A stretch of DNA of 53,826 bases, taken from positions 1 through 53,826 of the forward strand of contig JADGOX010000305.1 of the NCBI GenBank assembly GCA_017882745.1, given 5' to 3'. Below the pieces are notes generated by a model. That model did not search any database and was not told the DNA's origin. It was given only the letters and a program-made list of their open reading frames with translations. Below are positions 19,430-28,751 of the stretch, piece after piece (the stretch's first letter is position 1; each line of letters opens with the position of its first letter). Made by a program: the position numbers and the translations under genes. This DNA comes from Mycobacteriaceae bacterium. Lineage in GTDB: Bacteria > Actinomycetota > Actinomycetes > Mycobacteriales > Mycobacteriaceae.

Positions 19430-20499
19430 CCTCACCACTGCAGACCCAGGGCGCAGCCCCGGCGCCGGAGAACTCTCCAGATGCGGGCGTCGCCTGGCAC
19501 TACGGCGATCCCTTCGCCGAACAGCGCGCCGCCAGCACCGCAGCCGTCGTCGTCGACCGCAGCAACCGGGGACTGATCGCCGTCCCTGGTGCTGATCGCT
19601 TGAGCTGGTTGCACTCGCTGACCAGTCAGCACCTCACCGAGCTCGCTGACGGTGAGGGCACGGAGGCGCTGCTGCTGGACATCAACGGCCGGGTGGAACA
19701 CCACATGGTGCTCGCCAACCTGGACGGCACCACGTGGATCGACACCGAGGCGGCCGGCACCGAGGCCCTGCTGGCCTATCTGCAGAAGATGGTGTTCTGG
19801 GCCGATGCCCAACCACGAGACGCCCATGACGAGCTGGCGATGCTCAGCGTGCAGGGGCCGATGGCCGATCAGCTGTTGGAGCTTCCTGGCGACGTCTACG
19901 GGGTGAGCGCACTACCCGGCGGCGGGTACGTCCGCCGCATGCCTGCACCTGAGGGCTCCCACGCGGCGGACCTGCTGGTTCCCCGGGCAGAGCTGGGCCA
20001 GTGGTGGGCACGGCTCACCACTGCCGGCGCACGCGCGGCGGGTTCCTGGGCGTTCGAGGCGCTGCGCGTCGAGGCGCTGCGGCCCCGCGCGGGCGTGGAC
20101 ACCGACGAGCGGACCATTCCGCACGAGGTCGGCTGGATCGGCACTGCGGTACACCTGGACAAGGGCTGTTACCGGGGGCAGGAGACGATCGCCCGCGTGC
20201 ACAACTTGGGCAAGCCGCCCCGCAGGATGGTGTTGCTGCATCTGGACGGATCCGCCGACGGACGTCCGGAGACGGGCGACGACGTGACAGTCGATGGCCG
20301 CGCGGTCGGCCGGGTCGGCACGGTGGTCGACCACCATGAGCTCGGACCCATTGCGCTGGCGCTGATCAAGCGCAGCGTTCCGGTGGACACCGAGCTGCGC
20401 GCTGGTCCCTGCGCGGCAGCCATCGACCCTGCATCGCTCGCCGAGGAGCAGCGCGAGCAGGCCGGGCGTGCGGCCGTGTCCAAGCTTCGGGGGCGCTGA
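19426..20499 (+). CDS. ygfZ: Folate-binding YgfZ/GcvT-family Fe-S repair protein
   Basis: WHYGDPFAEQR, signature HLDKGCYRGQE; GTGA overlap with Fur/Nur. Confidence 0.92.
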   Translation: MTSPLQTQGAAPAPENSPDAGVAWHYGDPFAEQRAASTAAVVVDRSNRGLIAVPGADRLSWLHSLTSQHLTELADGEGTEALLLDINGRVEHHMVLANLDGTTWIDTEAAGTEALLAYLQKMVFWADAQPRDAHDELAMLSVQGPMADQLLELPGDVYGVSALPGGGYVRRMPAPEGSHAADLLVPRAELGQWWARLTTAGARAAGSWAFEALRVEALRPRAGVDTDERTIPHEVGWIGTAVHLDKGCYRGQETIARVHNLGKPPRRMVLLHLDGSADGRPETGDDVTVDGRAVGRVGTVVDHHELGPIALALIKRSVPVDTELRAGPCAAAIDPASLAEEQREQAGRAAVSKLRGR

Positions 20500-20652
20500 G
20501 CCCGGGGTACCAGACCGCGCCCCGGGAGCGGCGACCGCTCGTGTCGTCAGCAGCTCCCGAAGCGCTGTATGCTCTGTGTAGGAAGAAACATACATTCGGA
20601 TGGGGCCGCCGAATCCCCTGGCCGCCCCATCCTTGCGCGAGGGGGTCGAGCC

Positions 20653-20865
20653 ATGGGCCGCGGCCGGGCTAAGGCGAAGCAGACTAAGGTTGCGCGAGAG
20701 CTCAAGTACAGCTCTCCGAACACTGACTTCGACACACTGCAACGTGAGTTGGCGAATGGCGGGTCAGACCCGTTCACCGTCAAGCCGAGGCGCAGCGAGG
20801 TCCTCCATAGCGATGAGGTTCGTCCCTCGTGGGAAGACGACGACGTCGACGAGCGGAAGCGCTGA
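20653..20865 (+). CDS. DUF3073 small protein (Rv0810c-like)
   Basis: MGRGRAKAKQTKVARELKYSSPNTDFDTLQREL, acidic tail. Confidence 0.92.
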   Translation: MGRGRAKAKQTKVARELKYSSPNTDFDTLQRELANGGSDPFTVKPRRSEVLHSDEVRPSWEDDDVDERKR

Positions 20866-20874
20866 CACTGCATT

Positions 20875-20918
20875 GAGCAGCCCGCCACAGTCCACTACCG
20901 GGCTGTGGCGGGCTGTTC
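20875..20918. terminator. Hairpin between convergent DUF3073 and OYE genes
   Basis: 16-bp stem GAGCAGCCCGCCACAG / CTGTGGCGGGCTGTTC. Confidence 0.7.
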
Positions 20919-20944
20919 GCTGCCCAGATGTTGTCGGGTAGGTC

Positions 20945-22027
20945 TCAGAATGCCCGCTCGTACTGCACGGGCCACTGCGGTTCGGCACCCAGGCTGGCGA
21001 GCGCCCGTCGAGGCCAGTACGGGTCACGCAAGGTCTCCCGCGCGAGCAGCACCAGATCAGCGTGACCATCGGCGAGGATCCGTTCGGCCTGCTCTGCCTC
21101 GGTGATCATCCCGACCGCTCCCGTGAGCACCCCCGCCTCCTTGCGGACCTGTGCCGCCAGCGGCACCTGGTAGCCCGGACCCACCGGAATCTCTGCCTTC
21201 GGCACCACTCCGCCCGATGAGCAGTCGATGAGGTCTGCTCCGGCCTCCACGAGCGCCCTGGCCAGGACGACGCTGTCCTCGACCGTCCAGCCGCCCGAGG
21301 TCCAGTCCGTCGCGGAGATCCGCACGAACAACGGGACTGCCCCACCCACCTCGGCGCGCACGGCCCGAGTCACCTCGAGCGCCAGGCGCATCCGGTTCTC
21401 CAGGTTGCCGCCGTAGGAGTCGGCGCGGGTGTTGGACAGCGGCGAGAGGAACTCGTGCAGCAGATAGCCGTGCGCAGCGTGCACCTCCAGGACGTCGAAG
21501 CCGGTGTCCACCGCACGGCGCGCGGCCGCGGCGAAGTCCTCGATCACCGTGGCGATCCCCGCAGCATCTAGTGGCCGTGGCACCGGGTAGCTGTCGTTGA
21601 ACGGCGCACTCGTCGGGCCGACCGCATCCCAGCCACCCGCATCGGTCGCGACCGCCCCGCTCTCCACGTCCCAGGGACGATGCGTTGAGGCCTTGAACCC
21701 GGCGTGCGCGAGCTGGATCCCGGCGACAGCGCCCTGGCTGCGGATGAAGTCCACGATGGGACGCCAGGCCTTTGCCTGAGCGTCGTTCCAGATTCCCGCG
21801 TCCTGAGGCGAGATTCGCCCCTCTGCGCAGACGGCAGCAGCCTCGGTGAACACCAGCCCGGCCCCGCCGACCGCACGGGATCCCAGATGCTGCATGTGCC
21901 AGGAGTTGGGCACACCGTCAGTAGCGCTGTACTGGCACATCGGGGACACCACGATGCGGTTGGGCACTGTTACACCGCGGAGCACGAGGGGCTGGGAAAG
22001 GAGGGGGACACAACTCTGTTCAGTCAC
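20945..22027 (-). CDS. NADH:flavin oxidoreductase (old yellow enzyme, YqjM/NamA class)
   Basis: NRIVVSPMCQYSA, GIQLAHAG, HAAHGYLLHEFLSPLSN, C-terminal QYERAF. Confidence 0.92.
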   Translation of the reverse strand: MTEQSCVPLLSQPLVLRGVTVPNRIVVSPMCQYSATDGVPNSWHMQHLGSRAVGGAGLVFTEAAAVCAEGRISPQDAGIWNDAQAKAWRPIVDFIRSQGAVAGIQLAHAGFKASTHRPWDVESGAVATDAGGWDAVGPTSAPFNDSYPVPRPLDAAGIATVIEDFAAAARRAVDTGFDVLEVHAAHGYLLHEFLSPLSNTRADSYGGNLENRMRLALEVTRAVRAEVGGAVPLFVRISATDWTSGGWTVEDSVVLARALVEAGADLIDCSSGGVVPKAEIPVGPGYQVPLAAQVRKEAGVLTGAVGMITEAEQAERILADGHADLVLLARETLRDPYWPRRALASLGAEPQWPVQYERAF

Positions 22028-22060
22028 GTCGACCGAGGCTAGCCTCGTTGGTTGAAACGT

Positions 22061-23152
22061 CTAGAACCGCGGGTGCGAACCATGCAGGCTGGCGCGCGCG
22101 GTGGCGCTGGACTTCTGCACCGAACCCAGCACCCAGGACGGCACGTGGCGGGCGGTGAGGACCGCGAGGGCACGGTCGACGTCTTCCGGTGCGACGACAG
22201 CCACCATGCCGACGCCCATGTTGAACGTCTTTTCCATCTCCGCGCGCTCGACCCGTCCGTGGTGGGCGATGACTCCGAACACCGGGGCCGGGATCCATGT
22301 GCCCCGGTCGAGCTCGGCGACGAGTCCCTGCGGCAGCACCCGCTCCAGGTTGGCCACCAGTCCGCCACCGGTCACGTGACAGAAGGTGCGTACCTGAGTC
22401 TCCGCGATCAGCGCCAGACAGTCCTTGGCGTAGATACGCGTCGGCTCCAGCATCTCCTCACCCAGGGTGCGGCCAAACTCCTCCACCTGCCCCTCCAGCG
22501 GCATCCTGGCCATCTCCAGCAGCACCTTGCGCGCGAGGGAGTAGCCGTTGGAGTGCAGACCGGACGAGGCCATGCCCAGCACCACGTCGCCCGGCCGGAC
22601 CCGCTCGGGCCCGAGTACCGCATCGGCCTCCACGACGCCCACTCCGGTGGCGGAGATGTCGTAGGTACCCTCAGCCATCAACCCGGGATGCTCAGCAGTC
22701 TCTCCACCGAGCAAGGCGCAGCCGGCGAGCACACAGCCCCCGGCGATACCCGCAACGATCTCCGCAACCAACTCGGGCACGACACGACCGATCGCGATGT
22801 AGTCCTGCAGGAAGAGCGGCTCAGCACCTGAGACGACGAGGTCGTCGACCACCATCGCCACGAGGTCCTGGCCGACGGTGTCGTGCTTGCCCATGGCGTG
22901 CGCGACGGCGAGCTTCGTACCCACCCCGTCGGTGGACGCGGCGAGCACCGGCTCCCGCCACTGTCCGGCCTTGAGGGCAAACAGTCCGGCGAAACCTCCG
23001 AGGCCGCCCATCACCTCCGGTCGACTCGCGCGGCGCGCCGAGGGCGCGAAGAGCTCAACTGCCCTCTCGCCGGCGGCGATGTCGACACCGGCGGCGGCGT
23101 AGGAGACGCCTCCTGAGGGCGACTCAGAGGGGTGACGCGCGTCGTCGGTCAT
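22061..23152 (-). CDS. purM: Phosphoribosylformylglycinamidine cyclo-ligase
   Basis: YAAAGVDI, TDGVGTKL, GGETAEHPG, SSGLHSNGYSL, HVTGGG, TFNMGVG. Confidence 0.96.
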   Translation of the reverse strand: MTDDARHPSESPSGGVSYAAAGVDIAAGERAVELFAPSARRASRPEVMGGLGGFAGLFALKAGQWREPVLAASTDGVGTKLAVAHAMGKHDTVGQDLVAMVVDDLVVSGAEPLFLQDYIAIGRVVPELVAEIVAGIAGGCVLAGCALLGGETAEHPGLMAEGTYDISATGVGVVEADAVLGPERVRPGDVVLGMASSGLHSNGYSLARKVLLEMARMPLEGQVEEFGRTLGEEMLEPTRIYAKDCLALIAETQVRTFCHVTGGGLVANLERVLPQGLVAELDRGTWIPAPVFGVIAHHGRVERAEMEKTFNMGVGMVAVVAPEDVDRALAVLTARHVPSWVLGSVQKSSATARASLHGSHPRF

Positions 23153-23277
23153 GGCAGGAGAACTCCGGATCGGTCGGTGCGGGATGCGCCGCCACGCTAC
23201 CGGAGTACAGCCCGCTGCCCTATTCGCCGCCGGTGACCCGTGCTGCGCGGGCGACCATGGTGGTGCGCCCGGCGGAG

Positions 23278-24465
23278 CTAGGCGAGTTGGCCGCCGATCT
23301 TCGTGTACCCGCGAAGCAGGTCGCGGCTGATGATCAGGCGCTGCATCTCGTCAGTGCCCTCGAAGATGCGCCACAGCCGCACGTCGCGGTACCACTGCTC
23401 GATCGGCATCTCCCTGGTGTAGCCCATGCCACCGTGGATCTGCATCACGCGATCGACCACGCGGTTGATCATGTTGGTGCCGTAGAGCTTGGCGATCGCG
23501 CTGTCGTGGCGGCTGGCCGAGGAGCCCGAGGCTGTGTTGTCCACGGTCCACGCGGCCTTGAGCACCAGCCAGCGGGCGGCCTCCAGCTCCACGTCGGAGT
23601 CGGCGATCATCCACGCGATGGCCTGGTTGGTGCCGATCGGCTTGCCGAAGGTGCTGCGGTCGTTGGCCTGCTGCAACGCCAGCGACAGCAGCCGCTCGGC
23701 GCCACCCACCGCCCGCGAGGGAATGAGGTAACGCCCCTTGCCGATCCAGGACATCGCCAGCTCCCAGCCCTGGCCGACCTCGCCGAGCACGTTGCTGCCG
23801 GGTACCCGCACGTTGTCCAGCACGATGGTTGCCGGGCAGGCCGAACCCATCGTTTCGATCGGGGAGGTGGTGTAGCCCATCTCACGGTCGACGAGGAACG
23901 CGGTGAAGCCGCCCTTGGTGCCCTTGTCCGAGTCGGTGACTGCGATGCAGATGATGAAGTCCGAGGAGTTGCCGCCGGTGATGAAGACCTTCTCCCCGTT
24001 GATGATCCAGTCGTCACCGTCCCGCCTGGCGCTCGTCCGGATGTTCGCTGCGTCCGAGCCTGCCCCTGGCTCGGTGATGGCGAAGCAGGACTTGCGCTCC
24101 CCGGAGATGGCCGGTTTGAGGTAGATCTCGGCCTGCTCCGGGTTGCAGTGGAACAGGATGTTGTCGGTCTCGCCCCCGGGCCGGAACCAGATGAAGCTGC
24201 GCCCGAACTCCATCTCCACCAGGGATCGGGTGACGGCCGGCAGCGCGAGACCGCCGTACTCCTCGGGGGTACTCAGGCCCCAAAGGTCGAACTTCTTGGC
24301 TTTGGCCTGCAGTTCGGCCATCTCGTCGTCGGTGACGACGTCCGAACCGCCCTCCCGCCCGCGGCGCATGATCTCGCTCTCCAGCGGGATCAACTCGCGT
24401 TCCACGAAGGTGCGGACGGTGGAACGCATTGCACGCTCTTCTTCGGAAATCGAGAAGTCGACCAT
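23278..24465 (-). CDS. Acyl-CoA dehydrogenase
   Basis: CFAITEPGAGSD, INGEKVFIT, QIHGGMGY, RIFEGTDE. Confidence 0.93.
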   Translation of the reverse strand: MVDFSISEEERAMRSTVRTFVERELIPLESEIMRRGREGGSDVVTDDEMAELQAKAKKFDLWGLSTPEEYGGLALPAVTRSLVEMEFGRSFIWFRPGGETDNILFHCNPEQAEIYLKPAISGERKSCFAITEPGAGSDAANIRTSARRDGDDWIINGEKVFITGGNSSDFIICIAVTDSDKGTKGGFTAFLVDREMGYTTSPIETMGSACPATIVLDNVRVPGSNVLGEVGQGWELAMSWIGKGRYLIPSRAVGGAERLLSLALQQANDRSTFGKPIGTNQAIAWMIADSDVELEAARWLVLKAAWTVDNTASGSSASRHDSAIAKLYGTNMINRVVDRVMQIHGGMGYTREMPIEQWYRDVRLWRIFEGTDEMQRLIISRDLLRGYTKIGGQLA

Positions 24466-24513
24466 CAGGAGTGTCCTTCGCTGTCATCGGGAGATTCAGT
24501 GGGGTTGCCGGCT

Positions 24514-25665
24514 CTAGTTGAATGCACTGATGCCGGTGAGGGCGCGGCCGAGCAGGAGGGTCTGCACCTGGGTGGTGCCTTCGTAGAGGGTGAGGACGCG
24601 GGCGTCCCGCAGGTACTTGGCCAGCGGGTACTCCTCGACGAAGCCGTAGCCGCCGAATACCTGGAGGCACCGGTTGGCCGCCCGCACGGCGGCCTCCGCG
24701 GCGTAGTACTTGGCGGCGGAAGCTTCGGCCCGGAACGGCTGCCCGTGGTCGGCAAGGTCCGCCGCACGCCAGACCAGCAGTCGGGAGGCATCCCGCTCCA
24801 CCTGGGTCTCCACCAGCAGCTGCTGGACGAGCTGGAAACCGGCGATCTTCTTCCCGAACTGCTCGCGGCTGCCCGCATAGTCCAGTGCTGCGTCGAGGCA
24901 GGCGGTGGCCAGGCCCACGGCCGAGGCGGCGATGGAGGTTCGACCCCGGTCCAGCGCAGTCATCGCGACGGTGAACCCACGGCCTTCCTCACCGAGCATC
25001 GCCGAGGAAGGCACCCGCACGGAGTCCAGATGCAGAGCGGCGGTGTCCTGTCCGCGCAGACCGAGCTTGTCGGTGATCTTGGTGGCACTGAAGCCCTCGG
25101 AGTCGGTCGGTACCAGGAACGCACTGACCCCGCGGCCGCCTTCGCCACCGGTGCGTGCCAATACCAGCGCAACATCCGCCCAGTTGCCGTTGGTGATGAA
25201 CTGCTTGGACCCGGTGAGGAGGTAGTCGTCTCCGTCCTTCGTGGCCTTGGTGGTGAGGTTCCCCGCGTCCGAGCCGATACCCGGCTCGGTGAGGCCGAAG
25301 CAACCGACGAGCTCACCGGTGCAGATCCCCCGCAACCAGCGTTCCTGCTGCTCGGGCGTGCCGTACTTGGCAATGCTCTTGCCGACGAGCCCGAGTGAAA
25401 CACTGACGATGCCGCGGATGGCCTGGTCGCCGCGGCCGAGTTCCTCGATCGCGAGACAGTAGGCAAACATGTCGCCCCCGGAGCCGCCGAGCTCCTCGGG
25501 CACACCGAGACCCAGCAGGCCTGCGCGTCCCAGCTTGGCGACGATGCCCCTGTCGACCTGCTCGGCGCGGTCCCACTCCGCGGCGTGCGGAATCACTTCC
25601 TTGTCGACGAATGCGGCAGCCGACTCCTTGAGCGCCTGGTGCTCTTCGGACAACGTGAGATCCAC
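24514..25665 (-). CDS. Acyl-CoA dehydrogenase
   Basis: CFGLTEPGIGSD, GSKQFITNG, QVFGGYGF, TLYEGTTQ. Confidence 0.93.
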   Translation of the reverse strand: MDLTLSEEHQALKESAAAFVDKEVIPHAAEWDRAEQVDRGIVAKLGRAGLLGLGVPEELGGSGGDMFAYCLAIEELGRGDQAIRGIVSVSLGLVGKSIAKYGTPEQQERWLRGICTGELVGCFGLTEPGIGSDAGNLTTKATKDGDDYLLTGSKQFITNGNWADVALVLARTGGEGGRGVSAFLVPTDSEGFSATKITDKLGLRGQDTAALHLDSVRVPSSAMLGEEGRGFTVAMTALDRGRTSIAASAVGLATACLDAALDYAGSREQFGKKIAGFQLVQQLLVETQVERDASRLLVWRAADLADHGQPFRAEASAAKYYAAEAAVRAANRCLQVFGGYGFVEEYPLAKYLRDARVLTLYEGTTQVQTLLLGRALTGISAFN

Positions 25666-25693
25666 GCCGGTCTCCTCTGCTGATCGGTGCCCT

Positions 25694-25710
25694 ACCTAAC
25701 ACTGTTAGGT
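25694..25710. promoter_or_regulatory. 17-bp palindromic TetR operator
   Basis: ACCTAACA-C-TGTTAGGT between divergent acyl-CoA DH and tetR; abuts -10 TACGCT. Confidence 0.8.
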
Positions 25711-25723
25711 TACGCTGACACCC

Positions 25724-26338
25724 ATGCGTGACGTCAACCCCCAAAGAGTGCGCGACGCCGCGCTGGAGCTGATCGACGCCGAAGGGCTGGAAGCGCTGTC
25801 CATGCGCAAGCTCGCCTCTGAGCTCGGCGTACGGGCCCCCTCGCTGTACCACCACGTCTCAGGCAAGGCCGAGCTCCTGGCCTCCCTGGTGGAGCAGGTG
25901 GGCGCCGGCGCGGACGCCTCGTGGTTCGGCGAGCGCAGCTGGGACGAGGCACTGCTGCGCTGGGGCCGGACCTACCACGCCGCGCTGGCGACACACCCGG
26001 CCCTGGCGCCGCTCTTCGTCAACTCCCCCGGCAGTTCGGACTCCGCGTTGCGTCGGATCGATCGGGTGCACGGCGGGCTGGTCGACGCAGGCTGGACCCC
26101 GCGAGAGGCCACCGAAATCGCGGCAGCCGTGAAGTTCCTGGTGATGGGCGCCGCGTCAGGGTCGGCCACCGCCGGGTTCCCTGCCGACCCGGGGCTGTAC
26201 GCGGGCCGCTACCCGCGCCTGTCCGACGCGCACCGACTGGCCAGCCACCGCGAGCGGGTCGACGCCGACACGGTGGAACTGGCACTGGTAGCGCTCGTGG
26301 ACGGCCTGCGCCTACGGCTCGGGCGAGGCATCCGCTGA
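25724..26338 (+). CDS. TetR/AcrR-family regulator (TetR_C-type C-terminus)
   Basis: AALELIDAEGLEALSMRKLASELGVRAPSLYHHV HTH; leaderless ATG. Confidence 0.92.
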   Translation: MRDVNPQRVRDAALELIDAEGLEALSMRKLASELGVRAPSLYHHVSGKAELLASLVEQVGAGADASWFGERSWDEALLRWGRTYHAALATHPALAPLFVNSPGSSDSALRRIDRVHGGLVDAGWTPREATEIAAAVKFLVMGAASGSATAGFPADPGLYAGRYPRLSDAHRLASHRERVDADTVELALVALVDGLRLRLGRGIR

Positions 26339-26357
26339 TCCCCCGAAAACGCCCAAC

Positions 26358-27857
26358 TCAGCGAGACACAGCAGTGACTTCCAGGCGGTTCTTGCCGATC
26401 GCAGCGTCCTCTGGCAGCGGAATCGGGTAGTTGCCGTCGAAGCAGGCTGAGCACAGTCGACTCTTCGGCTGGTCGGTGGCGGCGATCATGCCCTTCTCGG
26501 AAACGTAGCCCAGCGAGTCCGCCCCGATAGCCCGTCGGACCCCCTCGAGAACTCCGTCGGCGGTCCCCGCCCCATTGGCGATCAACTCGCCCGGACTGGC
26601 GAAGTCGATGCCGTAGAAGCACGGCCACCGCACAGGTGGCGACGCGATTCGGACGTGCACCTCCAGCGCACCAGCTTCGCGGAGCATCTTGATCAGGGCG
26701 CTCTGGGTGTTGCCGCGCACGATCGAGTCGTCGACGACCACCAGTCGCTTCCCGCGGATGATCTCCTTGAGAGGGTTGAGCTTGAGCCGGATCCCGAGCT
26801 GACGGATGGTCTGCGAGGGCTGGATGAAGGTCCGGCCCACGTAGGAGTTCTTGACCAGACCCTGGCCGTACGGAATACCCGATTCCTGCGCGTAGCCGAT
26901 GGCCGCGGGGGTCCCCGACTCGGGAACAGGGATGACCAGATCACCGACGGCCGGATGCTCCCGGGCCAGGTGCCTGCCGATCTCGACCCGGGTGGAGTGC
27001 ACGGAGCGACCGGCGATGGTCGTGTCCGGCCGGGCGAGGTAGACGTACTCGAACACGCAGCCCTTGGGCTCGGCCGCGGCGAAGTGGCTGGAGCGCACCC
27101 CGTCCGCATCGATGGCCACCAGCTCGCCCGGTTCGATCTCCCGGACGAACGACGCACCCACGATGTCCAGGGCCGCGGTCTCGCTGGCCACCACCCAGCC
27201 GCGTTCCAGCTTGCCCAGGCACAGCGGGTGCACGCCCTGGGGATCACGGGCCGCGTAGAGGGTGTTCTCGTCCATGAAGGTGAAGCAGAAAGCACCGCGC
27301 AGGGTGGGCAGCAGCTCCATCGCCGCCTGCTCGATGGTCGAGTCGGTTGCGGCGTGGGCCAGCAAACCGGCGACGAGGTCGGAGTCGGTCGTGGAGTTCA
27401 TGCCGCCACGCACAGGCAGCAGCCCGAGCTCCCGGGTGCGCGCGAACAGCTCCGCGGTGTTGACCAGGTTCCCGTTGTGCCCCAACGCCAGCCCGGTGCC
27501 TGCGGCGGTGGTCCGGAACGTCGGCTGCGCATTATCCCAGCTGGTCACGCCAGTGGTGGAGTACCGGGTGTGCCCGATCGCGACGTGGCCGCGCAGGGCG
27601 CTCAGCGTCTGCTCGTCGAAGACCTGGCTGACCAGGCCGAGATCCTTGAAGACGAGTACCTGAGAGCCGTCGCCGACAGCGATTCCCGCCGCTTCCTGCC
27701 CACGGTGCTGCAGCGCGTAGATCCCGTAGTAGCTGAGCTTGGACACCTGCTCACCGGGGGCCCAGACGCCGAAGACGCCGCACTCCTCGCGCGGAATATC
27801 CGCTTCCAGGTCAACGAGGCTGTCCTGCACGGCTAACGGAGAATCGGCGTCAGACAC
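26358..27857 (-). CDS. purF: Amidophosphoribosyltransferase
   Basis: EECGVFG, LQHRGQE, GHTRYST, VVVDDSIVRGNT, CFYGID. Confidence 0.96.
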   Translation of the reverse strand: MSDADSPLAVQDSLVDLEADIPREECGVFGVWAPGEQVSKLSYYGIYALQHRGQEAAGIAVGDGSQVLVFKDLGLVSQVFDEQTLSALRGHVAIGHTRYSTTGVTSWDNAQPTFRTTAAGTGLALGHNGNLVNTAELFARTRELGLLPVRGGMNSTTDSDLVAGLLAHAATDSTIEQAAMELLPTLRGAFCFTFMDENTLYAARDPQGVHPLCLGKLERGWVVASETAALDIVGASFVREIEPGELVAIDADGVRSSHFAAAEPKGCVFEYVYLARPDTTIAGRSVHSTRVEIGRHLAREHPAVGDLVIPVPESGTPAAIGYAQESGIPYGQGLVKNSYVGRTFIQPSQTIRQLGIRLKLNPLKEIIRGKRLVVVDDSIVRGNTQSALIKMLREAGALEVHVRIASPPVRWPCFYGIDFASPGELIANGAGTADGVLEGVRRAIGADSLGYVSEKGMIAATDQPKSRLCSACFDGNYPIPLPEDAAIGKNRLEVTAVSR

Positions 27858-27972
27858 CGGATGGGGCTCCCTCACGGGTTGGGCTCAAGGTGGAGTCCAG
27901 TCTACGGCCTGCGAGCAGTGCTCCCGTCGCCGTCGAGGCGACAACCGCCACCGCCCACCCTGGGAACAACGC

Positions 27973-28695
27973 TCAGCGCAGACGCAGCGCGGCGAGCAGC
28001 GCAGCCTCACCCGAGCCCTCCGGAAGCGGCAGCATGCCCGCCAAACCCAGCCGGAGCGTCGCCGTGTCACCAGCCAGCACGGCGTCAGCAGGTGCGTCAG
28101 GCTCTCCCCCGATCAGCAAGGGAACGCAGCCAGGCTCCAGACGCAGCCTCCAGTGCGCGTCAACATCTGTGCATCGCACCGCGATGGTTCCGGCGGCACG
28201 GCCCGCCGGGGTCTGCGGGTCGCAGCACGCCACGGCGAACATCACCGTCAGGTGCTCGTCGACACCGTCGAGCAACAACCAGGGTTCCAGCGACACCGGC
28301 TCGTCCTGCGCAACCTGCACCTGCCAGGCGCGAACGCTGAGCGCGTGGGCGCTGCGCCTGAGCCAGAATTCTGCCTGCGGAGGCACTGCCGGCGAGGGCG
28401 TCCAGCAGGGACGGCGTGACGGCGTGGTCACCAGGGCCTCCAGCAACGCCGGACTGGCCGTGGTCAGTCCGTCCGGGTGCGGCACGGGCGGCCGGGGTGT
28501 CAACGCGATCGAGGACAGCTGGTCGGCGGCCGTCGTGGCGAATGCGGCGGTCCAGCTCACGACGTCGGCGACCGTGGCTCCCGGGCCCAGCCCAATCCGC
28601 AGTCCGGGGTCGGCGGCGGAAATGGTGGCCAAAGCGCGCGTGACCACGTCGAGGTACTGCGCACGCAGTGCGGCTGAGGGTTCAGGGACGGTCAT
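27973..28695 (-). CDS. Divergent MDMPI (mycothiol-dependent maleylpyruvate isomerase)/DinB-like protein
   Basis: PGATVADVVSW, PCWTP, FWLRRSAHALSVRAWQ, DGVDEHL, C-terminal SCP-like ADAVLAG; the usual metal ligands appear substituted. Confidence 0.6.
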   Translation of the reverse strand: MTVPEPSAALRAQYLDVVTRALATISAADPGLRIGLGPGATVADVVSWTAAFATTAADQLSSIALTPRPPVPHPDGLTTASPALLEALVTTPSRRPCWTPSPAVPPQAEFWLRRSAHALSVRAWQVQVAQDEPVSLEPWLLLDGVDEHLTVMFAVACCDPQTPAGRAAGTIAVRCTDVDAHWRLRLEPGCVPLLIGGEPDAPADAVLAGDTATLRLGLAGMLPLPEGSGEAALLAALRLR

Positions 28696-28751
28696 GGCAG
28701 TCGATCGTGCCAGGTGTGGAACCGATCAGCCGACCATTCCGTCTCATCGCC

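Noticed and set aside
23233-25398. 721-aa + strand ORF spanning both acyl-CoA dehydrogenases
   Set aside because: Antisense shadow ORF; the minus-strand genes carry clear family motifs
27860-27972. Possible purine/ZMP riboswitch upstream of purF
   Set aside because: Predicted leader after TAGACT is short and shows no recognisable aptamer consensus
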